The notes below the pieces were generated by a model that was given only the letters and a program-made list of their open reading frames with translations, was not told where the DNA came from and did no database searches. Made by a program: the position numbers and the translations under genes. A stretch of 64,000 nt of DNA from Vulcanimicrobiota bacterium (lineage in GTDB: Bacteria; Vulcanimicrobiota; Vulcanimicrobiia; Vulcanimicrobiales; Vulcanimicrobiaceae). The stretch is taken from assembly GCA_963714015.1 (NCBI GenBank), contig OY970223.1, forward strand, positions 704,001 through 768,000. Direction: 5' to 3'. Of the stretch, positions 1 to 9,925 are shown piece after piece (the stretch's first letter is position 1; every line of letters begins with the position of its first letter).

Positions 1-1666
1 GGCGGAAGCTGCGGGATCTCTACGCCGGGCATTACAACCGGCGCCGGCTGATCGAGCCGCATGTTTTGAACGGAGGCCCAGAACGCGCTATTGCCGTGCG
101 GGCGGTCCAGACTGAACCCGGCTACCAGCGATCCGCCGTCCGGCCGCGCGAACCGCAATCGGGCCCAAAGTTGCCCGCCCGTACTGATCGATCGCATAGA
201 ATCCGCTGGCGTTCTCAACTCCGCGCATCGAGAGCAGGTATCCCGCGCGCGTTTACTTTCAAATCGACGCCGTTCAGCAGCACTTCGGTGAGAATTGGCT
301 GCGGCGCAAGCATCGCGCTCAAGTAAGGAATCTGCGTGGACGAGCCTATTGCGTGCAGCGCGAGCACGCTGTTTACCGTCTTGCCCAGCGCGAGATTCCC
401 TTCGACGTGCATTTTGATGCCGCTGTAGTACGCATGGAACGGAAGCACGACCAGATTGCTGCGATAGAGCGCTACGTCGCCGTGCGGGTCGTCGATCGGT
501 ACCCGCTGATAATAAAACCGCTTTCCGCTGAAGCCGATGAGCAGGATCGGATTGCTCAGGTCACCTTCGATGAGCGCGTGAATGCGCACTGCGCCGAAGA
601 TCGGAAGTCCGTTGGCGAAGTGCGCCACTTCCTTCAGATAGCGCAGATCGCCGCGGCCATCGACGCCGAGACGGAACTGAGGGTCTTTGAAATTGAATAT
701 GCCGCCGGAGAACACGATTGGTATGTGGCCAACCTGCGCGGTCATGTGTGAGGCGGCGAAGCCCGAGCCGAAGACTTCGATCGGTCCTTCAATGTTCCGG
801 ATCGGCGCATCCAGGCTGCTGACAATCATGGTTCCGTCGCTCAGCCTTCCGCTGCCTGACAGATCGTAATTCGCCGGCAGCGGCCCGTGACCGCCGCGCC
901 GCAGCTCCGGCGCGAATGCCCACGCCTGCATGTCGAAACTGTGAACGGTCCCGCTCAGGATGTGCGCCGCCGGGGAATTTATGAAATAATTGCCGATGGT
1001 TGAAATCGGAATCGCCCGTACGGTGATATGGTGAAACGCATAACCGGCTTCGTAGTCAATAGTTCCGGCTAACCGAAAGGGCTGCGGTCCCCTGTCCTCC
1101 AGCTGACCTTTGACGAGATACTTCGTTCGTGTGGCGGTATCGATCGAAACGCCGGCGTCGATGGCGTCAATCCGTTGAGAGCGGCTTCCTTTGTAGAAGC
1201 GGTATTGGTCGATCAGCGCCACGGACGCGTCGCGAATTCGAATGGTAAATGCCAGCGGTACGCCGTTCGCGCGGGCGGGGCCCCGGGTTCCGCCGCTGAC
1301 GGCGCGCGGCACCGCGATATTGTACGAGCCGTCGCGATGATGAATGATGGTGATCTGCGGACGATCGATCGCAATGGCGCTCAGCCCGAAACGATGCTTG
1401 CTCCCCGGCAGCAAATCTCGCAGATCGTAATAGACGTCGATGCGCCGCGCCCGCAGTACGGGCTCTCCGCCGCGTGTGATGCGAACGTCCGTCAGGGCGC
1501 CGTGACGGCTCTCCAGACGGAAGTCCGTGCTGCTGATGTCGTAACCCATCGCGAGGCCGGCCATGGAGACGGCAAACCGCGCCGCGCCGTTGTGAAAAAT
1601 GGCGAGCGCGACGATGGCGGTAACAATCAGAGCCGCAGCCGCGGCGAGCAGCCGTTTGCGCAACAA
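1..1666 (-). CDS. AsmA/TamB-like envelope protein, N-terminal part; apparent frameshift near 240; runs off the window
   Basis: ORF 215..1666 has an N-terminal hydrophobic anchor followed by beta-strand-rich sequence (IAIDRPQITIIHHRDGSYNI). GGAGG lies just upstream of the TTG start. An alternative frame stays open to the window edge. Family assigned by resemblance only. Confidence 0.6.
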
Positions 1667-1743
1667 GACCTCCGCGCTGGCTTATACCCCACGGCCCTCG
1701 TGTCATCCTGACCGTTCGCGAGCGTCTGCGCTTCGCGCGCAGA

Positions 1744-3639
1744 TTAGAGGTCTAAGTTCTTGACGGATTTGGCGTACTCGAAAATGTACTGCTTGCGCGG
1801 TTCGACTTTGTCACCCATCAGGTCCGTGAAGATCTGCTCCGCCTCGACGGCGTCTTCGACGGTGATGCGTTTGAGCCGGCGGTTCCCGACCTCCATCGTC
1901 GTATCGGCCAGCTGCTCGGCGTCCATCTCGCCCAGGCCCTTGTACTGCTGGACGACGTAGTCTTTACCGTCTTCCCCGATGATGGACTTGAGCTCCGGCT
2001 CGCTGAACGCGTACCACTGCTTTTTTCCCTTGCGCACGCCGTAAAGCGGCGGCTGAGCGATGTAGACGTAGCCTTCTTCGACCAGCGGTTTCATCTGCCG
2101 GTAGAAGAACGTCAGCAGGAGCGTGCGGATGTGCGAACCGTCCACGTCGGCGTCGGTCATAATGATGATCTTGTGATAGCGCAGCTTGCCGGCGTCGAAC
2201 TCGTCGCCGAAACCGGTCCCCAGCGCCGTGATCATCGTGCGAATCTCTTCGTTCGAGAGAACCTTGTCCAGGCGAGCCTTTTCGACGTTGAGAATCTTGC
2301 CGCGCAGCGGCAGGATCGCTTGAGTATTCGGATCGCGCCCGCCTTTCGCGGTGCCGCCGGCCGAGTCGCCCTCGACCAAGAAGATCTCGCTCTCCGCGGG
2401 ATTATTGTTCTTGCAGTCGACCAGTTTGCCGGGCAGACCCGAGCCTTCGAGCGCGTTTTTGCGGCGCGACAGGTCGCGCGCCTTTTTCGCGGCCTCGCGC
2501 GCGCGCTGCGCCTGCATGCACTTGTCGATGATCGTGCGTGCCGATTTCGGCGTCTCTTCGAAGAAAAAGTCCAGGCGCTCGTTGACCAGCGTGTAGACGA
2601 TGTTGCGCACGCTGGCGTTGCCGAGCTTCGTTTTCGTTTGACCTTCGAACTGCGGCTCCGCCAGCTTCACCGAAACGACCGCCGTGAGTCCTTCCATGCA
2701 ATCGTCGGTAGAGAGATTGCTGTCGGATTCCTTGAGCATGCCGCGTTTCTTCGCGTAGCTATTGACCGAATTGCTGATCGCCGTGCGAAAACCGGTGAGG
2801 TGCATGCCGCCCTCGATCGTATTGATGTTATTTGCATACGACGAGATGATCTCGGTGTAGGTGTCGGTCCATTGCATCGCAACTTCGACGTCGACGCCGT
2901 CGCGTTCGTTGTGCGTCGAGATGATGGGATGCAGCGGGTCCTTCTTCTCGTTCAGCCATTCAACGAAGGAGACGATGCCGCCGTCGAACTTGAACGTGCG
3001 CTCGCGCACTTGCTCTCCCCGCTCGTCACGCAGATCGATCGCAAGCCCGCGATTGAGGAACGCTAATTCGCGCAGCCGCTTGGCCAGCACGTCCCAGTGA
3101 AACTCCGTGACCTCGAACATCTCGCGATCGGGAAGAAACCACTGCAGCGTTCCCGTGCCCTCCGCCGCGCCAAGCTTCTTGAGTTTCTGCACCGTCAGCC
3201 CGCGCTCGAACTTCATCTCCCACAACTTGCCGTCACGTTTGACGCGCGTGGTCATCTGCTCGGAGAGCGCGTTGACGACGGAGATGCCCACACCGTGCAG
3301 GCCGCCCGAAACCTTATAGCCGCCTTTGCCGAACTTGCCGCCCGCATGGAGGATCGTCATGATCACTTCGACTGCCGGCATCTTTTCTTCGGCGTGGATG
3401 TCGATTGGAATGCCGCGGCCGTCGTCCTCGACGGAGCACGATCCGTCCTTGTACAGAACGACTTTGATGTTCTTGGCGTAGCCGGCCAACGCTTCGTCGA
3501 CCGCGTTGTCGACGGCTTCGTACACGAGCTGATGCAGCCCCCGCTCCGCAGTGTTGCCGATGTACATGCCGGGGCGTTTGCGAACCGCTTCGAGACCCTT
3601 GAGGACCTCGATTTGCTCCGCGCCGTAGTTGTTACTCAC
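1744..3639 (-). CDS. gyrB: DNA gyrase subunit B
   Basis: Motifs VRKRPGMYIG, EAVDNAVDE, SGGLHGVG, EGDSAGG, PLRGKILN, MTDADVDG and YKGLGEM; canonical position downstream of recF. Confidence 0.95.
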   Translation of the reverse strand: MSNNYGAEQIEVLKGLEAVRKRPGMYIGNTAERGLHQLVYEAVDNAVDEALAGYAKNIKVVLYKDGSCSVEDDGRGIPIDIHAEEKMPAVEVIMTILHAGGKFGKGGYKVSGGLHGVGISVVNALSEQMTTRVKRDGKLWEMKFERGLTVQKLKKLGAAEGTGTLQWFLPDREMFEVTEFHWDVLAKRLRELAFLNRGLAIDLRDERGEQVRERTFKFDGGIVSFVEWLNEKKDPLHPIISTHNERDGVDVEVAMQWTDTYTEIISSYANNINTIEGGMHLTGFRTAISNSVNSYAKKRGMLKESDSNLSTDDCMEGLTAVVSVKLAEPQFEGQTKTKLGNASVRNIVYTLVNERLDFFFEETPKSARTIIDKCMQAQRAREAAKKARDLSRRKNALEGSGLPGKLVDCKNNNPAESEIFLVEGDSAGGTAKGGRDPNTQAILPLRGKILNVEKARLDKVLSNEEIRTMITALGTGFGDEFDAGKLRYHKIIIMTDADVDGSHIRTLLLTFFYRQMKPLVEEGYVYIAQPPLYGVRKGKKQWYAFSEPELKSIIGEDGKDYVVQQYKGLGEMDAEQLADTTMEVGNRRLKRITVEDAVEAEQIFTDLMGDKVEPRKQYIFEYAKSVKNLDL

Positions 3640-4025
3640 TCTGAAAGGCGCTCCGCCCTAGGCTGCGCGCCCCCCGCGCAAAAGCGCGGGGCCCCCAAGA
3701 CAGTGGGGCGCGCATGATTCGTTTTACTCCAGAGACTCCCCGTGGGCGCCCCTATCGACGGTTTGCTTTTTGAAAGGCGCTCCGCCCTAGGCTGCGCGCC
3801 CCCCGCGCAAAAGCGCGGGGCCCCCATGACCGTGGGGCGCGCATGATTCGTTTTAGTCCAGAGACTCCCCGTGGGCGCCCCTATCGACGTTTTGCTTTTT
3901 GAAAGACGCTCCGCCCTAGGCTGCGCGCCCCCCGCGCAAAAGCGCGGGGCCCCCATGACCGTGGGGCGCGCATGATTCGTTCTTATCGAGAGCCTCCCCG
4001 TGGGCGCCCCAATCGACGTTTTCAT
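3636..4025 (-). CDS. Putative 129-aa ORF made of three 43-aa repeats, coupled to gyrB
   Basis: ATG lies 6 nt after the upstream gene's TAA and the frame is open through all three units. Its TGA overlaps the gyrB GTG (GTGA). Translation is unproven. Confidence 0.4.
   Translation of the reverse strand: MKTSIGAPTGRLSIRTNHARPTVMGAPRFCAGGAQPRAERLSKSKTSIGAPTGSLWTKTNHARPTVMGAPRFCAGGAQPRAERLSKSKPSIGAPTGSLWSKTNHARPTVLGAPRFCAGGAQPRAERLSE
3642..4025. repeat. Three tandem 129-bp palindrome-rich repeat units
   Basis: Near-identical units start at 3642, 3771 and 3900 (tgaaaggcgctccgccctagg...). Each contains the hairpin CCCCGCGC-AAAA-GCGCGGGG. Confidence 0.97.
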
Positions 4026-4031
4026 TGAATG

Positions 4032-4851
4032 TTATTTCCCGTAGAAGATGTCGTGGAGTTCGTCGCCCAGCAGATCGCGCACGACCGCCGGAACGATCCG
4101 CTCCGGATCCAATTCACTCTTGAGCAGCACGTACGAACTGGCAATCAATCGATCGCGAGACGTCAGCGCTTTTCCGCCCGTTCGACGCACTCGTTCGAGC
4201 GCATCGTGCCAGCGGCGCAGCAGACGCTGCCGTATCGCTTGATATTCGCGCTGCGTCAAATCCTCGACCAGCGGTGCTATGCCGGCGTATCCGAGCCACG
4301 GCACTTCAAAAAGCAGGCGAGCTACGGATGCATCCCGTTCTTGCGATTTTGCATTTGCGCAAGGCACGCAAAACGGCCCGGATTCCGGAACATTCCGGGC
4401 ACCGCACCGCATGCATTGTTTCCACCCCGCGACGGTTTTCGCCCGCTTGAACGCCTCCACGTCCTCCCGAAAACGTTCGAACGCGGCTTTGAGCGTTTCG
4501 ACCGGTTCGCGCTTGTCGCGACGGACGCGGCGCGCAGGTCGCGAGGGTCCGAAATTGGGAGCAGTCTGCTGCAAGCGGCCTACCCGGAAGCGGAGGCGCT
4601 CGAGCTCGACGCCGGCGTGGACGCGCAAGGCGTCCAATATCCGGTCGCTCAAGAAGGAGAGCTGCTGACTCCACGCGCCGGACCGCGTGAGCACGAGCAG
4701 TGAACCATGAGCTATTTCTTGCGGGCGGCTGTTTGCGGCGACGTCGTCGCCGACGACGCTGCTCCATGCGGCCCTTATGTACAACAGCGGATCGGCGCTC
4801 AAAGGCTGCAGTTGGTTCCCAGTCGGAGAGCGCCGCACCGAGCCGCTTCAA
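4032..4851 (-). CDS. dciA: DUF721/DciA-family protein with Zn ribbon; apparent frameshift near 4800
   Basis: Lies between recF and gyrB. AAWSSVVGDDVAANSRP...LLVLTRSGAWSQQLSFL resembles DUF721; two CxxC motifs (CMRC, CVPC); the TTG start overlaps the recF stop. Confidence 0.7.
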
Positions 4852-5948
4852 CGCGAGGTCACCATGGCGTCTCGAATTTCGTAAATCTGCGACGCACCCA
4901 AGCCTTGCGGCAGATGCGTGGCGGTGATGAAAGCCTGCTCAAAGCCCCCCACGCCGCTCAAAAACGTCCCGGCACGCTCCGTATCGAGTTCGGAGAGAAC
5001 GTCGTCCAGGAGCAACAGCGGCGCCTCCGCAGAGCGTTCCTGCATAACGCGGTATTCGGCAACCTTGACTGCCAGTACCGCCGTGCGCTGCTGGCCTTGC
5101 GAACCATACGCGGAAAGCGACCGCCCGTCCAGCAAAAGGTCGAGATCGTCGCGATGAGGCCCGGCCAAGGTGACGCCGCGGGTACGTTCCTGGGCGGCAA
5201 CTCCGGCTAATTGGCTTTCGAATGCCGCTTCGACGGCATCTCGCGTGGGGGTTTCGAAGCGGACGCTGGGCGCGTACCGGATCTCCAGATGCTCGCTGCC
5301 GCCCGTCCACTGCGCGTGCGCGTGAGAGGCCGTCTCGGCGAGGGCGTCCACGAACCCATTGCGCGCCAGCATGATCGCTGCACCGGCCTGCACGAGCGTT
5401 TCGTTATAGATCGCCAGCAGTTCCGGATCGGGCTCCGCCGGTGCGCGCAGAAGCGCCGCCTTTTGCGAGAGCACTTTCTGATAGCGCGCGAGCTCGTGGT
5501 AGTACGTCTTCTGCTCCTGCGCAAGTGCCGTGTTGAGAAGCGAGCGCCGCAGTGCCGGCGGTCCGGTTACCAGCTGCAGGTCTGCGGGGACGAACGTCAC
5601 TACGCGCAGACTGCCCAGAAAACTCGCGTACCTGACGCTGCGGCCGTTGACGGCGTACATCTTGCGCATGCCGCGCGCCGTCGACGTCACCGTGCATCCC
5701 AGCCGCACGGTGCCGGCGCGTACGAGCGTCTCTCCCGAGATCGCGGCAATTTCCAAGCCCTCCCGAATCAAATCCCGCTCGCGCGAAGTGCGAAAAGACT
5801 TCCCCGTACCGAGCATCGCAATCGCTTCCAGCAGATTGCTCTTGCCTTGGGCGTTCGCCCCGACGAACACGTTCAGTCCCGGCGCCGGCTCGAGTTCCAG
5901 ATGCGCGTAATTTCGGACATTGGAGAGACGCAGCGCGGTTAAGCGTAT
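4848..5948 (-). CDS. recF: DNA replication/repair protein RecF
   Basis: Motifs GANAQGKSNLLEAI, GPHRDDL, GSQGQQR and LLLDDVLSELD. The homologous N-terminus (RLTALRLSNVRNY) extends upstream to an ATA codon at 5948. Confidence 0.95.
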   Translation of the reverse strand: MRLTALRLSNVRNYAHLELEPAPGLNVFVGANAQGKSNLLEAIAMLGTGKSFRTSRERDLIREGLEIAAISGETLVRAGTVRLGCTVTSTARGMRKMYAVNGRSVRYASFLGSLRVVTFVPADLQLVTGPPALRRSLLNTALAQEQKTYYHELARYQKVLSQKAALLRAPAEPDPELLAIYNETLVQAGAAIMLARNGFVDALAETASHAHAQWTGGSEHLEIRYAPSVRFETPTRDAVEAAFESQLAGVAAQERTRGVTLAGPHRDDLDLLLDGRSLSAYGSQGQQRTAVLAVKVAEYRVMQERSAEAPLLLLDDVLSELDTERAGTFLSGVGGFEQAFITATHLPQGLGASQIYEIRDAMVTSR

Positions 5949-5964
5949 GGCGCGGCCGTTTCAG

Positions 5965-7080
5965 TTATTGCCGAAGCGGCATCAACACGTAGAGTTGCTG
6001 CGCGCCTTCCGGCGGTTCGACGGGACGAATCGCCGCCGGCGAAAGCGGCCCCAGGAACTCCAGAACGGTCTGCGGCGAGTCGATATGATTCAAAATTTCG
6101 ACCAGATAGCGCGCATTGAACGCGATCGTGAGATCTTCGCCTTGCTGCTCGACTTCGAGCTCTTCATAGGCGTTGCCCGAGACGTCGGAACTGGCGGTAA
6201 CGATCAGCGTTTGGTTGGCAACGGCCAACTTCACCATGCTCGCTCTATCGCCGGCGACGAGTTCGGCTCGGCGCAGGCTGCTGATTAGGGCCGCGGTATT
6301 CGCCGTTATCGAGCGGTCGAATTTGGCCGGAATCACTTGTCCGTAATTGGGATATTGGCCGTCGACCAAACGTACGACGATCGAGGTGTCCCCCGCCGCA
6401 AAAGCGAGCTGATTGCTCTGCGCGCCGAGCGCCGTAACCTCGACGGCGTCGGCACTGCCGACGTTTCGTGCGGCTTCTGCAAGCGCGCGCGACGGCACGA
6501 TGTATTTTTCGCTGCCCGAGATACCGCTCTCGAGCGCCGTTTGATACCGGGCCAGACGGTAGCCGTCGGTCGCGACCATCGTCAGAGAATCGCCCTCGAG
6601 TTCGAGCAGCGTACCCATGAGGACCGCGCCCCGTGCTTCTTCACTCGAGGCGGCAAAGATCGTTGCATTGACGCCGTCGCGGAAGCGTTTGGCCCCAAGC
6701 GTGAAGTTTTGTCCGCGCTGCGCGCTGGGCAGCGGCGGGTACTCGTCGGCCGGCAGTGCATGAAAATCGTAGTTGCTGCGCTGCACCTTGATGCTGGCCC
6801 GGGTCGGCGTGCCGGTAAGTTCGAGCGTGCCGGGCTGCAAGTTACCCAGATAACTGCTGAAGAGTTTTGCGGGCACCGTGACGCTGCCGCTCTCGGTCAC
6901 TTCGGCCGGGAAGGCGTGCTGCAGCGTGAGTTCCAGATCGGTTGCGCGCACCGCAATCCGGCCCTCTTCGGCGGTCAACAGCACGTTCGAGAGAATCGGA
7001 ACGGTCGTGTGCGCGTTGACGACTTTGCTGGCCGCTCCGACGGCGCCGGCGATGTCCTTGGTGTTACAGGTAAACTTCAC
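5965..7080 (-). CDS. dnaN: DNA polymerase III beta clamp
   Basis: Motifs PILSNVLL, ATDLEL, VATDGYRLA, GQYPNY and C-terminal YVLMPLR; directly downstream of dnaA. Confidence 0.97.
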   Translation of the reverse strand: MKFTCNTKDIAGAVGAASKVVNAHTTVPILSNVLLTAEEGRIAVRATDLELTLQHAFPAEVTESGSVTVPAKLFSSYLGNLQPGTLELTGTPTRASIKVQRSNYDFHALPADEYPPLPSAQRGQNFTLGAKRFRDGVNATIFAASSEEARGAVLMGTLLELEGDSLTMVATDGYRLARYQTALESGISGSEKYIVPSRALAEAARNVGSADAVEVTALGAQSNQLAFAAGDTSIVVRLVDGQYPNYGQVIPAKFDRSITANTAALISSLRRAELVAGDRASMVKLAVANQTLIVTASSDVSGNAYEELEVEQQGEDLTIAFNARYLVEILNHIDSPQTVLEFLGPLSPAAIRPVEPPEGAQQLYVLMPLRQ

Positions 7081-7325
7081 GGTTGTCCACTTCGTCTTTC
7101 GTGCGGCGTAACTCTAAAGTAAATAAGACCTAACCGTACCAGTAGTAAGGCGGTGTATTCTGCGAACAACCGCAGATCCGCTTGCCGTTACGCGGTTTTT
7201 CGGCCCGAACAAGTTGTGCAGTACCCTTGGACGGCCTTGCACATCTCCACTCCGGCGCGCTCCCAGGCAGTTATCCACGCGCGCGCAGGCGCCCTGTGAA
7301 GCGAAGCGTGCATATTATGGATAAC
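7081..7325. promoter_or_regulatory. oriC segment between dnaA and dnaN: DnaA boxes and AT-rich unwinding region
   Basis: DnaA-box-like 9-mers TTGTCCACT (7083), TTATCCACG (7271) and TATGGATAA (7316). An AT-rich tract spans ~7108-7150; the minus strand reads GCC-TTACTACTGGTA, resembling DnaA-trios. Confidence 0.7.
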
Positions 7326-7335
7326 GCGCAGCGGC

Positions 7336-7367
7336 AAAAACGAAACGGCCCGGGGAGCCCGGACCGT
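7336..7367 (-). terminator. Possible intrinsic terminator after dnaA
   Basis: GC-rich stem ACGG(T)CCGG-loop-CCGG(G)CCGT followed by TTCGTTTTT on the minus strand. Confidence 0.45.
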
Positions 7368-7396
7368 CCATCGAGATCTGCCGCCGCGCGGCCCGA

Positions 7397-8768
7397 TCAA
7401 TCGTTTTGGCAGAGTGCCACCAATTGGCGAATGCGGTTGCGGTAGGCCTCGTCGCGCTGCATCTGCTCTTTAACCTTATCCCGCGCGTACATGACCGTCG
7501 TATGGTCCTTCTTGTTGAATTCGCGCGCGATGTGCGGCAGCGAGCAGTCCGTGAGTTCCGTACAGACGTACATCGCAATCTGCCGCGGAGCGGCAACGCG
7601 CTGGTCGCGGCGATGGTTGTCCATCTCTTTGACGGTTAGACCATGCGCTTTGGCGACTTTTTCTTTGATGGCGGTGATCGTCACGCGGCGCAGCGGAGCT
7701 TGCGCGACCGCGTTCTTGAGAACTTCGGCGGCCAAATCGACCGTAATCGAGGACTTCGTGAGCGAGGAGAACGCCACAACGCGAATGAGCGCGCCTTCGA
7801 GTTCGCGGATGTTCGAGGGAATGACTTTCGCGATGAACGACGTCACCTCGTCGGGCACGGGAATTTTTTCGCTTTCCGCCTTCTTGCGCAGAATCGCTTC
7901 ACGCGTCTCGAGATCCGGCGGCTGAATGTCGGTGAGGAGTCCCCATTCGAATCGGGAGCGCAGCCGGTTCTCGAGCGTTTGAATCTCTTTGGGCGGACGA
8001 TCGCTTGAAATTACGAGTTGCCTCCCGGATTCGTGCAGCGCGTTGAACGTATGGAAGAACTCCTCTTGCGTACCTTCTTTGCCTTCCAGAAACTGAATGT
8101 CGTCGATCAGCAGCACGTCCACTAGACGGTACTTGTTGCGAAACTCGACCGTCTTGTTGTTTTGCACCGCAATGATGAATTCGTTCGTGAATTTTTCGCT
8201 GGAGACGTACACGACGTTCGCGTCGGGATTATCCTGGAGAACGCGATGGCCGATTGCATGCATCAAATGCGTTTTGCCCAGCCCCACGCCGCCGTAGAGG
8301 AACAGCGGATTGTATGCCCGCGCGGGGGCCGCTGCTACGGCTTGCGCCGCCGCATGTGCGAACCGGTTTGAGTTGCCGATGACGAACTCTTCGAACGTAT
8401 AGCGCGAATTGAGGTTTCCGGGCCGGAATTCCGCGGGCCGCAGGGTTCCGTTCGCCGCAGTTCCGGGGCCGGCTCCGGGAGGAGCCCCCTCGCTCGCATC
8501 CGGCACAACCGTAATCTGCAACTGCATGCCCGGTCCGAATACCTCCGAGAGGACCTCAGCTGATCTGGCCCTTCAGGCGATTTTCAACCCAGTCCCGAGC
8601 GAAATTGTTCTGAACCGCGACGAGCAGCTCGTTGCCGGTTAGCGAGACCAGGCGGAGCGGCTTGATCCACATCTCGAAAATCGGCTTGGAAAATTTCCGT
8701 TCCAGCGCCGTCAGAGCGGATTGCCAGAGTTCATTCGAGATGTCCGGGTTGCCAACCACAAGTGCCAT
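7397..8768 (-). CDS. dnaA: Chromosomal replication initiator DnaA; apparent frameshift near 8560
   Basis: Domain I (LWQSAL...FEMWIKPL...NNFARDWV) is in ORF 8556..8768. The AAA+ region ([35 protein letters not shown]) and domain IV (KDHTTVMYA) are in ORF 7397..8527. Confidence 0.97.
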
Positions 8769-8899
8769 CTGTCATTCCGTTCCTTGTTAGTGCGTAGAAG
8801 CTTCGAACCAATCCCCGACATAAGTCGGCGGACCCGAGCGGAGCGTTGGAGGCCCAAAGGTTGGCGTAATCAGGCGCCTATCCTGCGGAGTTGAAATCA

Positions 8900-9140
8900 C
8901 TTTTTTATCCACTTATCCACAGGTGCAAAACCCCTGATTTTATAGGCAAAAAGCGACGTTTCGACCCAGTTTGCGACGACTCTTGACAAGCGCTGTTTTG
9001 CCCGAAAAATCGAGCTTTTTCCGGTACATGCCGCCTACGCCGCGGAGAGGATTTCCACAGGGTTGTCCACACGTGTGGAGAGCGGTGGAGCGGGCGGTCC
9101 GGTAGCGGACAATCAGCATTCAGGTGCTCGTGTGGACGAG
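8900..9140. promoter_or_regulatory. DnaA-box cluster upstream of dnaA (oriC / dnaA autoregulation)
   Basis: TTATCCACT (8905), perfect TTATCCACA (8913-8921), ATTTCCACA (9051), TTGTCCACA (9063), TGTGGAGAG (9074) and TGTGGACGA (9131). Confidence 0.85.
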
Positions 9141-9146
9141 AGCCGC

Positions 9147-9177
9147 TTGACGGCGCAAGCCTGGCAGGTCCTATACT
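9147..9177 (+). promoter_or_regulatory. Putative sigma70 promoter of the rpmH operon
   Basis: TTGACG (9147-9152) and TATACT (9172-9177); the 19-nt spacer is longer than optimal. Confidence 0.5.
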
Positions 9178-9237
9178 AGGTGGCTGTGCCCTGCCGCCGA
9201 GCCCGGCGGCGATTTTTTCCTAGGAGAAGCGATCACC

Positions 9238-9372
9238 ATGAAGCGGACTTACCAGCCGCACAATCGGCGCCGCAAGCGCGTCCACGGCTTCCTGGAGCGG
9301 ATGCAGACCAAGAACGGGCGGCGCGTCATCAATGCCCGCCGCAAGAAAGGCCGCAAGCGCCTGACCGTCTGA
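9238..9372 (+). CDS. rpmH: 50S ribosomal protein L34
   Basis: Read manually: [49 protein letters not shown] upstream. Confidence 0.97.
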   Translation: MKRTYQPHNRRRKRVHGFLERMQTKNGRRVINARRKKGRKRLTV

Positions 9373-9692
9373 TGCGCCGCTTCGCCAGCTTGCGCCGGAC
9401 GGGTGACTTCACTCGCCTGCGCCAGCGCGGCCGGCGCACAGCCACAGCCAATCTGACCATCTTTCGTGCGGACGCCCCCCCCGCGGACAACCGTCCGCTG
9501 GTCGGAATTACGGTTTCCAAGAGCGTAGGAACCGCCGTAGTGCGCAATTTGCTCCGTCGCCGCATCGCGGCAGCCATTCACGAACTGCTTCCCGCGCAGG
9601 TCCGCCTGCGTCTGCTGGTCGTCGCGCGCCCTTCGGCCGCGGCACTTTCGTATTCCGCCCTGCGGGACGAAGTGGCCGGAGTGCTTCGCTGA
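9372..9692 (+). CDS. rnpA: Ribonuclease P protein component
   Basis: [21 protein letters not shown] (RNR-type motif); TGATG overlap with rpmH. Confidence 0.93.
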   Translation: MRRFASLRRTGDFTRLRQRGRRTATANLTIFRADAPPADNRPLVGITVSKSVGTAVVRNLLRRRIAAAIHELLPAQVRLRLLVVARPSAAALSYSALRDEVAGVLR

Positions 9693-9916
9693 TGCGCACG
9701 CTCGCCGTCGGGGTCCTCAAGGGCTATAAGCGCTTCGTCTCCCCGCTGCTTCCGCCGGCGTGCCGGTTCTATCCCACGTGCTCGGAGTACGCTGCGACCG
9801 CTATCGCGAAACACGGGCTCGTGCGCGGCGGTATCCTGGCCGCAAAACGCCTCTCCAAATGTCACCCGCTCAACCCCGGCGGATTCGATCCCGTTCCGGG
9901 GATGCCGGAAAGGTAA
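9692..9916 (+). CDS. yidD: Membrane protein insertion efficiency factor
   Basis: Motifs [10 protein letters not shown] and [13 protein letters not shown]. Confidence 0.95.
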   Translation: MRTLAVGVLKGYKRFVSPLLPPACRFYPTCSEYAATAIAKHGLVRGGILAAKRLSKCHPLNPGGFDPVPGMPER

Positions 9917-9925
9917 CGCTTCCAC

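Noticed and set aside
3642..4025. Tandem repeat as a CRISPR array
   Set aside because: The units are 129 bp, nearly identical over their full length, with no unique spacers and no cas genes.
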